Source of the DNA: the human T2T-CHM13v2.0 reference genome, Homo sapiens
Assembly (NCBI RefSeq): GCF_009914755.1
Contig: NC_060942.1
Length of the DNA: 64,000 nt
Strand: one strand, 5' to 3'
The notes beneath the pieces are model-generated. The model searched no databases, was not told the DNA's origin, and saw only the letters and a program-made list of their open reading frames with translations. Below are positions 37,280 to 50,408 of this stretch, piece by piece. Every line of letters starts with the position of its first letter. Position 1 is the stretch's first letter. The translations under genes and the position numbers were made by a program.

Positions 37280-37510
37280 AAGAACTTACTGTAATCCAGG
37301 CTCTTGGCTGAATAATTTTCATAATTTATCTCATTTTATTTTCATATACCTATATGATGAAAAAAACCCTCTAGTGTTATAGATTTAAAATCTGAGGCTT
37401 AGATAGACTGGGTTATATAATCAATGTCTATAGCTAGTCAGTGAAACCTGGGAAAAAACCCAAAACTGTGATAGAAGTCCAAAGCATATGTTATTAACCA
37501 ATACGTTATA
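37280..37510 (-). mobile_element. MIR
   Basis: cttactgtaatccaggc...ttatctcatttt...aaatctgaggcttagatag...atagctagtcagtg. Confidence 0.6.
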
Positions 37511-39149
37511 GCACATTCCCCAACAATAGGACAGATAAATGGAAAAAGAAAACACTCCACCTGACTTGTAGTCTTTCTAGATATCACATCTCTTTTGAAG
37601 CAGAGCTTTAGAAAAAAGAGGAAGGAGGTTCTGAAGGTGGAGGAGAAATAGGAGAAGGCATTTTTTTCTTCTCAGTTCCCTAAATGAGCAGATGTTATTT
37701 ACAATGACAGTGAAATTATTACACATTTATCCTTCCAACATGTTCAACTGTTCAACTATGTAATTAATTTGTTAAATCAATTCAAAGACAGCAATTCTAC
37801 CAGTGCAGAGAGAAGTCCTCCTATGAGTGAAGCCATTGGAAGTGGGAGCTGTATACCGATCTGCTCCGGACATATCTTAGTAGGGGCACCTACAACGAGA
37901 TGAAAATGAGGTACACAGAAAATATAAATAACAATTTTGTATAGATGATGTTTCATTAGAGAAAATAATAGGCTTTAAGGAAAAAGCATTGTGTAAAGAC
38001 AAAGAGAATGACATCCAAAGGCAGCACATTTTCTGAAAATTATCCAAGGCAGGATCCACACATAAATTCAGTGAATCATTTGGAAGCTTCTATAAAATGC
38101 TATATGCTTCTCTGAAACACAGAGGAACAAATAATTTGGGTTAAAAGGACACAGTGTAAACTGAAAAGATAGCAAAGTGAGCTCTAAGTTGAGGAATGAT
38201 TTAAATGGTTTCGAATAAACAAAAAAATCATTCATGAAATCAAATATGTATTGGAAATAGTGAATGCTGAATCAATATTACAGAATCAGTGGAGCAGAGG
38301 ACACACTTGGAAAGCTCTCTCTGGTTATGTACAAGGAAAAGAGCAGTACACAGAGAGGAGATGGAGAAGACAATATACATCTGAAATAGGAAAATTCATT
38401 ATGTTCCCAAAGAAACAAATATGTTTTGGAAGGGAAAAGTGAAAAATAAATCATTTTTAAGTTTAAAAATATTTAAAGTTTATAAAATATATAAAAGTGA
38501 ACATTCAGTATCTACATCTAGCAGATTCTAAGAGCTCATCATGTTTCAGATCAAGTGGATATAAAGGGACCACACTGGACACACAAACAGGCACCATAAA
38601 AATATTATAATTATAAGCAAAAAATCCGGATGCTGCCAAATTAAATAGATATTTTGAGTCTTCACTGGCATTCACTAAAAGGTGTCCCCAGCTCTTGTGC
38701 CCCAAATATAAGGAAGAAATCAGAAATCAAGTGCTTTGGAATTCCAGAGGGAGCAGGAGGCTCTGCAGGCTCCAAATAAGACCACTGATATTTGGCAGGA
38801 GGAAAGAGAGAGTCATGTATTTCCTTATGTTGATGACAAAAATGTCATGCCAACTATATCCTCCATTCCCTAATTGCAGTGCAAAGAGAAATCCTTGGAA
38901 CTCCTTGAGCTCTGAGAATTGGGAGCAACCTCAGGGAACCAGGTGCTCCAGGTAAGATTGCTCACATTCTTCTGCATGCTCCTGGGGATGTCCCAACTTG
39001 GCCACTCCTCTCCGCCAATGTTCAGCCAATATGTTCAGCCATCTCCTCAGCTGCTTTTGCCTGGAGACAAGCAGGACAAATCAGACAAGGTCTCTGAGCT
39101 CTGTTTCCAAGGTCAGTTTTCATGTCTCAATCTCCAATCACATAAGGTT

Positions 39150-39590
39150 TTGTACATCTTTTTGACCAGTCTCCAAATTCTGAAATCCTTTCTCTATATC
39201 CTTTGAAATTCAGAAATCCTCTGTATTTTAAAAGTTATCTCTGATGTTCTCTTCTGCTTTCTGATCCAAGTGAAGCTTGGCTCTTTAATGATGATAGACT
39301 TAACCTATATCATTCAAGGTGTTGTTGGGTGTTGAGTGTTGAGTATCTACCAAAAACTTCATCCTCTTTGACTGAGGGTATGGTACATACCTCTCTTGTC
39401 TTCATTGCCACTTTCAGATTACTTTCCTTCCTCCTTACAAAGTAATTGATTAATTGATTAATTAAAGTAGTAATTTTTAATATTATATCATTAAACTATA
39501 CAACCGTTACAATATTATACAATTTATCTCTCAACTTTCAAGTACCTTCTTCATATAGGTGGGAAAGTTTAACTCCTTATTCACTTTTTA
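39150..39590 (+). mobile_element. L2 endonuclease-region fragment
   Basis: tgaagcttggctct (cf TETWLS) and ttcattgccactttcagatt (cf HCRFQT). Diverged. Confidence 0.4.
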
Positions 39591-39594
39591 AAAA

Positions 39595-40105
39595 GTTTGT
39601 TTTGTTTTTAATTGACACATAATCATTGTGCTTATTTATGGAATATAGCCTTATGTTTTGATACAATTATGTCTTGTGTAATGAACAAATCACAGTAGTT
39701 AGCTTATTTATCACCTCAAACATTTTTCTGTGGTGAGAGTATTGAAAATTATTACTTACACTTATTTTGAAATATACAGTACAATATATTTAACTATCAG
39801 CACCCTACTCTGCAATAGAACACCAGAACTTCTTCTTCCTATCAGTCTGTACCAGTTGATATTTGGTACCAGTTGACCAATATCACCCCATATTCTCCTC
39901 CCCATACCTCCCCCAAACCTCTGGAAATTGTTATTCTAATTTATACCTCTATGAGATAAACTCTTTTTAGATTCCACATACGAGTGAGATCCTGTGTTGT
40001 TTGTCTTTCTATGCTTGGCTTATTTCATTAACATAAAGTCCTCTCAGTTCATTCATGTTGCCACATATGGCAGGATTTTATACTTCTATGGCTGAATAGT
40101 ATTCC
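39595..40105 (-). mobile_element. L1MA (MA4/5-like) 3' end
   Basis: ttaattgacacataat...atcacctcaaacattt...gcaatagaacaccagaactt...tagattccacatacgagtgagat...ggctgaatagtattcc. Confidence 0.85.
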
Positions 40106-43100
40106 ACATTTCTGGGATACATGACAAATTTTGGTACAGGCATGCAACGCATAATAATCACATAATGAAAAATGGGGTATCTATCCCCTCAAACATTTAC
40201 CCTTTTTGTTGCAAACAGTAAAATTATAATCTATTCGTTAGTTTCAAATACACAGTTAAATTATTATTGGCTACAGTCCCCCCATTGTGCTATCAGATAC
40301 TAGATTTTATTCATTCTTTCATTTTCTTTGTACCCATTAACTATCCCAGCCTTCTCTTCCACCCCCAAGACCCTTCCCAGCCTCTGGTAACCATCCTTCT
40401 ACTCTCTATCTCTGTTAGTTTAATCGTTTAGATTTTTAGATCCCACAAATAAGTGAGAACATGTAATGTTTCTCTTTCTATGCCTGGTATATTTCACTTA
40501 ATGTAATGACCCCCAGTTATATTCATGTTGTTGCAAATGACTGGATCTCATTCTTTTTAATGGCTAAATAGTATTTCATTGTGTGTATGTACCAAATTGT
40601 TTTTATTCTTTCAGCTGCTGATAGACACAGGTTGATTCCAAATTGGTTATTGTGAACAGTGCTGCAATGAACATAGGAGTGCAGCTAAGCCTTCAACGTA
40701 TTGATTTCCTTTATTTTGGGTATGTACCCAGCAGTGGGATTGCTGGATCATATGGTAATTTTTTTTAATTTAGTCTTTTTGAGGAAACTCCAAACTGTTC
40801 ACCAAAGTGGTTGTACCCGTTTAAATCCCCATCAACAGTGTACAAGGATTCCCTTTTCTCCACATCCTTGCCAGCATTTGTCATTGCCTGTATTTAGGAT
40901 AGACACTATTTTATCTGGAGTGAGATGATATTTCATTTTAGTTTTGATTTTCACTTCTCTGATCAATGATGTTGAACACATTTTCATATGCCTGTTTGCC
41001 ATTGATATGTCTTCTTTTGAGAAATGTCTACTCATATATTTTGCCTATTTAAAAAATCAGATTATTAGTTTTAGTCCTAAAGAGTTGTTCGAGCTCCTTA
41101 TATATTCTGGTTATGAATCCCTTGTTAGATGGGTAGTTTAAAAATTTTCTCCCATTGTGTGGGTTGTCTTTTCACTTTGGTTATTGCTTCCTTCACTGTC
41201 TGTAAGCTTTTTAACTTGATGTGATCCCATTTATTCATTTTTGCTTTGGTTGCCTGTACTGGTGAGGTAACGCTCAAGACATTTTTGCCCAGACCAACGT
41301 CCTGGATATTTTCATGATGGTTTACTTGTAGTTTCATAGATTGAGGGCTTAGATTTAAGTCTTGACTGCATTTTTATTTTATTTTTACTTATAGTGAGAT
41401 ATAGGGGTCCAGTTTTATTCTTATGAATATGGATGTCCAGTTTTTCCAGCACCATTTATGGAAGACACTGTCTTCTCAATGTATGTTCTTGGCACCTTTG
41501 TCAAAAATGAGTTCACTGTAGATGTGTAGATTGGTTTCTGGGATTTCTATTGTGTTCCATTAGTCTACGCGTCTGTTTTCATGCCAGTACCATGCTATTT
41601 TGTCTACTATAACTCTGCAGTATAATTTGAAGTCAGATAATGTGATTCTGAAAGTTTTATTTCTTTTACTTAGAATAATTTTGGCTATTCTGAGTTTTTT
41701 TGTGGTTCCATATAAATGTTAGGATTGTTTGTCTATTTCTGTGAAAAATGTCATTGGTATTTTGAAAGGGAATGCACTAAACCTATAGATTGCTTTGGGT
41801 AGTATGGATATTTTAACAATAATGATTCTTCCAATTCATAAACATAAAATATTTTCCAAGTTTTGGGGTCCTCTTCAATTTCTTCTGTCAGTGTTGTAAA
41901 AATAGTTTGCTTTATAGAGATGTGTCACTTCTTTGGTTAATTCCTAGGTATTTAATTTTATTTGTGGTTATTGTAAATGAGTTTACTTTTTTGATTTCTT
42001 TTTCAGATTGTTCACTGTTGGATATAGAAGTTCTACTGATTTTTGTAGGTTGATTTCTGTATATTGATACTTAACTGATTTTTTTCAGTTCTACTAGTTT
42101 TTTTAGTGGAGTCTTAAGGTTTTTCCAAACATAAAATCATATAATCTGCTAAGGAGGACAATTTCACTTCTTCCTTTCCAATATGCCTGCATTTTATTCC
42201 TTTCTCTTTTCTGATTACTCTAACTAGGACTTCCAGTATTATTTTGAATAACAGTGGTGAAAGTAGGCATCTTAGTCATTTGTGTTCTGGATCTTAGAAA
42301 AAAGCCTTTCAGTTTCCCCCCTTTTAATATAATATTAACTGTTGGTTTGTCATGTGTGACTTTTCTTATGTTAAGGTATGTTCCTTCTATGCCCAGTTTC
42401 TTGAGAGATTTTATTATGAAGAGATGTTGAATTTTATTAATAGCATCAATTGAAATGATATGGTTTCTGTCCTCCATTCTGTTGATATAATGTATCGCAT
42501 CTCCTTTCCTTCCCTCCCTTTCCTTCCTTCCTTCCTTCTTTCCTTCCTTCCTTCCTTCCTTCTTTCCTTCCTTCCTTCCTTTCTTCCTTCTTTTCTCCCT
42601 TCCTTCTTTCTTTCCTTCTTTTCTTCTCTCTCCTTTCTCTCTCTCTAAAGCCAGCCACCACCACCCCAGTGGCCACCACCACTAGGACTTCACTGGGTCA
42701 GACCCAGACTGACTTCAGAATCAGAGCAGCACTGGGTCTTGCTCAAGGCCTGCTGTAACTACGCTCTGGCTACTGCTTATGTTTGCTGAAGGCCCTGGGT
42801 CCAAACAGCAGGTGGCAAATCCAGCCAGGCCTGTGTCCTTTCCTTCAGAGAATCAAGCTCCCCAGGCCACAAGTGGGTCCAGAGGTGCTGTCTAGGATCC
42901 AGGATCCACAGTCAAAAACCTTAGAATTCTACCTGGTATTGTATTTTATTGCAGCTGAACTGACACTAAAATCACAATACATAGTCCTTTCTATCCTTTT
43001 CTTCCCTTTTGAATGGCAGGTGACCCTCGCCTCATGGTCACTGTCATCACAGGCCCACAGCGAGTACTGCCAGACTACCACCAATGCTACCTTATGGCTC

Positions 43101-44350
43101 AGGGATTCTTCAGTCAACTTGTGGTGAATGCTACCTGGCCTGGGACTCAGCCATCAGGATAGTGGGCTCCCCTAGGGCAGGTCCAGAAATGCTGTCCAAG
43201 AGCCACATTCTGGAATCAGGAACCTCCAGAGCCTGCTTACTGCTTTAACCCTCTGTGGTTGAGCTGGTACCTAAGGTGCAAGACAAAGCCCCCTTTATTC
43301 TGCTCTCCACTTTTCTCAAGTAGAAGGAATCTCACCTTGCAGTCGAAACAACTGGGAATGTGCTGAGTCTGACCTGAATCCAGCAAGTTTCAGATTTTCA
43401 CCAAACGCCCTCAACGTAGTGCCTGGTTGTCACTGCTGGTTATTCAGGGCCCTAGAGCTCTTTAGTTAGCAGGTGAGAATCCTGTGAGGACTGAGTCCTT
43501 TACTTCAAGGCAGCAGCTTCCCTTCTGATCCAGGGTGTGTCTAGACATGTTGTCTAGGAGCTGGGCTTGGAAAAGGGACCTCATGACTCTGACAGTTACC
43601 CTGGGTTGCTGTAGCTGGGCTAATATCCAAGAAACAAGACAAAGTCCTCCCCACTATTCTCTTTTTCCTCCTTAAGCAGAAGGAACGGGTCTCTTTCGGA
43701 GCCATGGGCTGTGCAGCCCAGAGTTAGGGAAGAGTTGATGCCAGCACTCCTTTTTAGCTTTTCAGACTGGTGTCTCAGTAGGTCACCTGTCATTCCAGTG
43801 CGTTGTCTCTGGGCTTAGTTCAGCACTAGGACTCACCTAGGAGTTGCAATCTTTGTGGTCTAGACTACCTTCCAAGTTTATTTAGGGCCCCAGAGAATTT
43901 TATCTCACAGTGGTGAAGCTTGTAGGAACTGAAGTTCCAACTGCTGGGATTCATAACTCCACCCCAGCTGGTTTAAATGCTCCCTCTGTATCAGCTGAGT
44001 TTGGTTTTGTTTTACTTTCTGCTATAATAACGTAGCATTGAGTTCAACGACTCATAATTGCTGCACTCTCCCTCTCCCTGGTGCATAGAAGTGATCTCTG
44101 TCCCATGCTGCCACTGCCAGGGGATAGGAGAGGGATGGTGTTGGCGATTCAGGACTGTTTTCCCTATCTCTTCAGTGCCTCTTTCAGCAACATGAAGGTA
44201 AAACCAGATACTCTGAGTGCTCATCTGATTTTTTATTTTCATGAAGGTGCTTTTTTTTATGTGTGTGTAGATAGTGGTTAAATTGGTGTCCTTGCAGGAA
44301 GAACAATTCATAGAGTCTTCTAATCTGTCATCTTGCTCCACCTCTCCTCC
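40106..44350 (-). mobile_element. L1MA2/3-like element with 5' UTR, a large internal deletion, and 3' ORF2/UTR
   Basis: 3' end ggtacaggcatgcaacgcataataatcac; ORF2 ([28 protein letters not shown]) up to about 42500; 5' UTR 42655-44350 ending ctgtcatcttgctccacctctcc. ORF1 and the endonuclease domain are absent. Confidence 0.9.
42501..42646. repeat. Polypyrimidine (TTCC)n tract at the L1 deletion junction
   Basis: About 146 bp composed only of C and T. Confidence 0.95.
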
Positions 44351-46538
44351 TAGGTATTTTTAAGTTTTATTTTATTGCAGAGTTTTCTGTTTTGTTTGTA
44401 TTCCATAGTTGCTATGTTAATACATATAAAACTTACTTTCATGAAGGAAATAATCTTGATAAATTTTCACAGCCTAAGTCTACTTTATTCAAAACTTTAC
44501 TGTACTATTGACAATACAACAAAATGATTATTTATACCTTTAGTTTATCACTGATTTAATATTATTTAAGTTTCACAAAAAACAAATTACTTTGACCCCA
44601 CTTCAATTAATAACTTCCATTGTATGTTCTTTATGTTTGACAATAAATAATTATAAAGCATTAGGTGCCCAAGTAAAGGCATTTTAAAGATATGTGTTTA
44701 TTATAAACCTTAATTCAACTTCCTTAGTATTTCTTATCAAAACAGAAGCCTATATTCTTGTGAAAATGACTAAGGCAATACAGAATTACATGTAACGTTT
44801 TTAGCACACAGCTTATTATCAATACATGTAAGTTTTGTAATCTGGCTTTGAATTTCTAATATATTTGACACCCATGCCTTTCTACTACACGATTTTTGAG
44901 AATGATATTAAAAGGTCATATTGATTTAACTTTGGTAGTCATCTATATCTGTCTATAACGGCTGTGGACCGTTCACCAAGGCTTTTGCTCATGACCTTTG
45001 ATGTAGAGGCAGCCATGCATAGACAATTGCTGACAGAGGTCAGGGATCAGCCTGTGACCACTGGTCAAGCTGTCTCATCAAGCACAGATGGCAGCTAATA
45101 TGCATTATAATATGCCAAAGGGAACACTGTTGTTAAAATTGCTACTGCATTCAACAACTGTTGCAGAATTCCTCGATGTATAGTTATTGCGAACAGTGCT
45201 GGTGGTTTTGAAGGTAGAATATCTTATCTTGCCTAAAAAACAAAAGTAATGTATGTTGTAAACATATTTGTTTCCTGCTTTCAAATATGTGTAGACACAC
45301 ATAATTGTTTTTGAGCGACATTTTATGTAATATTTGAAAGCTGTATCTGCATAAGATTGAAGTTATATGTTTAGTATACATCTGTTGCTTTGCCTTCGTG
45401 GAACTCTTATTCTAGTAACAATTTTTATTTTTTTTTAATTTTTGGAATGATTCCTTCGTCTTCCTCAATGTATGCAGTTTAAAATAGCCTAATTTCACTT
45501 GCCCATGTCTAGGGATAATAATAGCAAAAATTAAAAAACTGCATGGTAGATATATTCTAAAAATTAGATATTAAAATAGCCTTTCATTTTTCTTCTTGCT
45601 CTGAGCAAGAAGAGGAAAACAAAAAATAAGCATGATAAATATAAAAATTTTAGGAAATATGTTAGAATGTCTCTTGTGAGGATATAAACTGTAATGCAAT
45701 TTGTATTGTTCAGATTAATGCATTTAATATCCTGTAGAATTAGGAAGAGTCTATTTCCTTTCATGGATATAAGATTGTACTGCCAAGCCATAGAGAAATA
45801 GTGTTAGACTCAAGCATTACATATTTTAACTATGTTACTCTAGACATCTATTTCTTATATTGGAGAGAATATGACAAAATAATCATATTCTTAAAATATG
45901 AAACATCTGTCAGAGTAAGAAAAAAAGTATTTCAGAAAACATATTCTGCCATACAGCCTTCCAGCTTCCAATTTCACCTTATCACAACAGGCCTATGCAT
46001 GCAAAACAGCACCCAAGGTTGAACTATATCTCTGAACTATTGTTATTTGGCCATTTGTACATGTTTTTCTTTCCTATTTTATTAAATGTTCTTTAGGGTA
46101 AGCGGCTATACTTGGTACTTTTATTGAGCCTAGTTATTTACTATTTTAAAAAACTTTTGTAAGTAATTTAGCATTTCTTTCCTTATAAGATACATTCTTG
46201 ACTTACATGTTACCTCTTAAATAACATAATTTTCCTGGTGTTATTGGGAATGGATACTATCTTTGGACTCACACCACTGCTAACTTCCTGAGTCTGAGCT
46301 AAGTGACTTGAGATTTTTTTCGTGTGACAGGTGTGCAGAAATGTCACTGGGCAGATGGAAGAGCAACATTGGTTTTCACCACTATTTATCAGCAGATGGG
46401 AAGGCGGGTGATTTGTATATCCTTTTCCTCGATCAATTAAGTAACTTTTGGCAGGAATAGCTTGGATATTTTCTTAAAAATACATATTTTTGTTCCTCTA
46501 AAACCAGTGGTTGGGAAGAGTTTTACAAATCAATCTTC

Positions 46539-47682
46539 CACCATGCATTGCTTAATAAGGAAGATATGTTCTGAGAGATGGGTTGTTAGGAGATTTTGTT
46601 GTGTGAGCCTCATAGAGTGTACTTACCCAAACCTAGATGATGCAGCTTACTGTACCTGGGCCATGTGGTGTTGCCTATTACTCCTAGGCTACAACACTGT
46701 ACAGCATGTTACTTTACTGAATGCTGTAGGTAATTGCAGCAAAATTACAGTAAAAATATGGTGTAAAAGATAAAAGATGGAATATAGGACACAACACAAA
46801 TGAAGCTTGCAGGACTGGAAGTTGCTCTGGGTGAGTGAGAGGGTAAGTGGTGAGTGAATGTGAAGGCCTAGGACATCACTTTGTAAACATTTAACACTTA
46901 GAGTACACTAAATTTATTATTAAAATGTATTTCTTCGATAATAAATCAACCTTAATTTATTGTGACTTTCTTACTTTATATACATTTTAATTATGTAGCT
47001 TTTAGACTTTTTTGTAATAACTCTTAGCTTAAACACAAACACATTTTGCAGCTGTACAAAAATATTTTCTATCCTTGAGTCCTTATTCTGTAAGCATTTT
47101 GATTTTTTAAGTTATGTATTTCTTAAAGTTTTTGTTAAATACTAAGACATAGGCACACACATAAATGTAGGCCTACACACAGGGTCAAGGTCATCAATAT
47201 CACTGTCTTCCACTTTCACACCTTGTCTCACTGCAGGTTCTTCAGGGGTAATGACACACATGAAGCTGTCATCTTGTGCCTTCTGGAAGACTTCCTGAAA
47301 AACTTGCCTGAAGCTGTTTTATAGTTTACTATTTTAATATAAGTAGAAGATTACATAAGTAGAAGGAATATATTCTAAGACAATGACAAATAGTATAGTA
47401 TAGTAAATTCATAAACAAGTAACATGGTGGTATATTATCATTTTCAATTATTATGTATGGTCCGTGATTGTATGTGCTACACTTTTATACAAATGATGGC
47501 TCAGTAGGTTCCTTTACACCAGCACCGCAGCAAACACACGAGTCATGCAATGTGCCACAGCATTATATGATAGCCAAAATTCATTAGGTGATAGGAATTT
47601 TTCATCACATTATAATCTCACAGGATTGTCTTTGTATATGTGCTTTGTAGTTGACTGAAACTTCATTATGCAGCGCAAAACA
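46539..47682 (-). mobile_element. Tigger3b-like (TcMar-Tigger) non-autonomous element
   Basis: Left end catgcattgcttaataaggaagatatgttctgagagatg...catagagtgtacttacccaaacctagatg; right end gttgactgaaacttcattatgcagcgca. About 1.15 kb. Confidence 0.85.
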
Positions 47683-48729
47683 GAATTTTGCTATTTAAAT
47701 AAAAACCAATCACAAATGCTCACATCTCACTAACTCAGGCCAACAATTAATTTGCTACGCTGCTACCAAATTAACTTTCTAAAACACAGATAAGATAAAA
47801 CTGATAACCTGTTTAAACATCTAGAAGCATCCCCATTGCATTCAGGATAGAATATATACATACACATACATACATATATACATGCACATAGGCACACATA
47901 CATACACATACATATGTAAAACAAAGATCAAATGAAAAGGACATTTGCCAACATAAGTGACAAACGTGGTGGAATGAAAAACTGTATGTAAATGTTGGTC
48001 ATAATTATTGTCATGGTGAAACTTTTAGGTTATTATGGATTTCACCTTAGATAATCACTCATGGAAAGTGATTAAAATGCAATTAATAATAGAGGTTTAA
48101 AGTCAAATGGTTACCAACCTGTGTAGATCCCCCCTTTATTGATAGCTGCTTTACTAAAACAAAGTGTCTCATTCATCTTCTCTCACTTATTAAGTTGTTA
48201 ATCCATTCCAGAAATCACACATTTAATTCAGCATTTGTTTGTCACCAGATGTGTGAAATTTGTTGATAAATACTGTGATAGTATAGAGACTAAATAAAAA
48301 CCAAACGAAAATATTGTTTCTCTGTTTTGAGGAGCATAAATAAATATGGTAGAAGGGGGGATGTAATGAAGAGGTTAATAGAAGGAAATGATAGCCAGAT
48401 TAATGACTCATGATAACTGAGTGGGCAGGAGTATCATCCAATAGCGAGAGCTCTAAGAACCTAGATAAGAAAAACTTCCATGCACCCCACTCACCTCCGT
48501 CAGCTGACCCCTACCATTCCTCTTCCCCCAGCACTCAGGGAGGCTTCACAAGCACCTGTGTTGGTAACAAAAGTACTCTATACTTTCTACTATTGTTTAT
48601 AGTTTCTACCACACTCTGTCCACATCAGCACTGCACCACCAATTTAGTTCCAATTTCTCATTCCTTCCCAATCCTTAAATTCACTGTGGCCTCTACAATT
48701 TCCATTTAACAGCAAAATATGCTATTTCT

Positions 48730-49270
48730 GCAGTTGTCTCTGAATATTACTTTCTTGCTGAAATATTTTATTCCTGTTATATTTTTTGGTGATTTCCCTA
48801 TCAACAGAGATAATCATTCCAATTATGTGGTTCTTTAGTTACTTGAGTCTCTCCTTCAATTTTCATTTCCACCAGCCTATCTATTCATTTTCCTGGTCAC
48901 ACCTGGTTTGTCATTATCAATAACTGAATTACTTCATAAGCTCTAATTCTAATTCCCTCTCCTCATTCTTTGATCATCACCTCTTTTGTTTCTGATTCAC
49001 TTCCTTTTTTCTTACAATTATAGTAATAAGCCATTCAATATAAATATTTTTATGTACTCATTCTTCATGATGCAGCTTATTTTTATGGCCTGTCATTAAA
49101 GCCATTTTAATGATAAAAGTTCAATTATTCTGTTCCACTTTTTTCCATTGTAATATTTGTCATAAAAAATCCTGTAATTAAAAAGCCAACTCTTTGCCTG
49201 TTTTGCATTACATCCATACTTGTATAGCTAAATATGGCTGACAACAGCCAACAAAGACATACAACCGTGC
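48730..49270 (+). mobile_element. L2 endonuclease-region fragment
   Basis: ggtgatttc (GDF), ggtcacacctggtttgtcattatc (cf GHTLDLVIT), tgatcatcacctc (SDHHL-like). Confidence 0.55.
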
Positions 49271-49877
49271 TGACATCAGAGTTTTGTAGAGGTTAATAAG
49301 GACAATAAAATTTTTGAGCAAAGAGTAAAACTTCGTGCATGCATATTTTATTAAACAATTATAAATTGCCCTTTAAAAATCACCAGATAGATATTTGGAA
49401 TCCCCCAGGTAGAGAAAATGAAAACAATAGCTTTCAGACTCTCTGACTTTCGTAGCATTCTGATTGCTGAATGTTTCAAATCATGCAAAAACATACATAC
49501 TATTTCTAGGATATAATCAAAATCCATATGGGGAGCAATTACTAAAAATCCATTTAGAGGTGTTTATAGGTTCTCTGTATCTTACTTTTATATGCTTTCC
49601 AGAAATACAGTGCTTAAAAGGAAGGCATATGACAGTAATATCCACTGCTGTCTCAAAAAAGTCTCTCCACAATTTTTGCTCAATAGTGCAACCAACTGGT
49701 CCTTAGTGGAATGTGTTATGCCATAAAGGATTTTGTCAATCACCCACTTAAGGTTGTCTGGTGCTACCAAGGAGACCTTTTGGTTTTACCAGATTTTATA
49801 AAATTCAAGGTTTTTAAAAATTGTTTAAAGCAACAAGTTGTAGTGAATATGGTAAGTATGTAGAATTATACATACAA

Positions 49878-49900
49878 ACACACACACACACACACACACA
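49878..49900. repeat. (CA)n microsatellite
   Basis: About 11 CA units. Confidence 0.95.
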
Positions 49901-49964
49901 AGACCAGGTAGATAACTCTATATGATTAAAAGATTTTGATATTTCCCATTAAGGACCACAACAT

Positions 49965-50395
49965 TAATTATAAGTAGATTATACAAACTTATGGATATAT
50001 ATGTTAACCTGTAGAGTAACCATCATGATATAATACAAATATACAGAGCTAAACATTCCAAAGATAAATTAAATAGAATTTTAAATATTCAGTTACTCTC
50101 AAAGAAAACACAGAAGGAGAAACAGAAAACAAGAAGCCTAAAGGAAATCAATTATAAAATGGTGGAACTAAATTAACTGCATTGTTAGCTACTTTAAATT
50201 TTATCAAATTAAACACTCTAATTAAAATATTTTCATAATAAATGAAAAAGCAATATCAACTATATGCTGTTTGCAAGAGACATGCTTTAACCAAAACAAC
50301 ACAATAAAAAAGTACATATGATTGAAAATTAAACTGTGCAAAGTAAGTACTGGAAGACTGGAATGACTATATTATACCAAATAAATTTGACTTCC
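49965..50395 (+). mobile_element. Old L1M inter-ORF region and ORF2 start (host of the L1PA insertion)
   Basis: caactatatgctgtttgcaagagacatgc (ICCLQET) and ggaatgactatattataccaaataaatttgacttc (cf GVAILISDKIDF). Confidence 0.75.
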
Positions 50396-50408
50396 AAAAA
50401 GGGAACTG

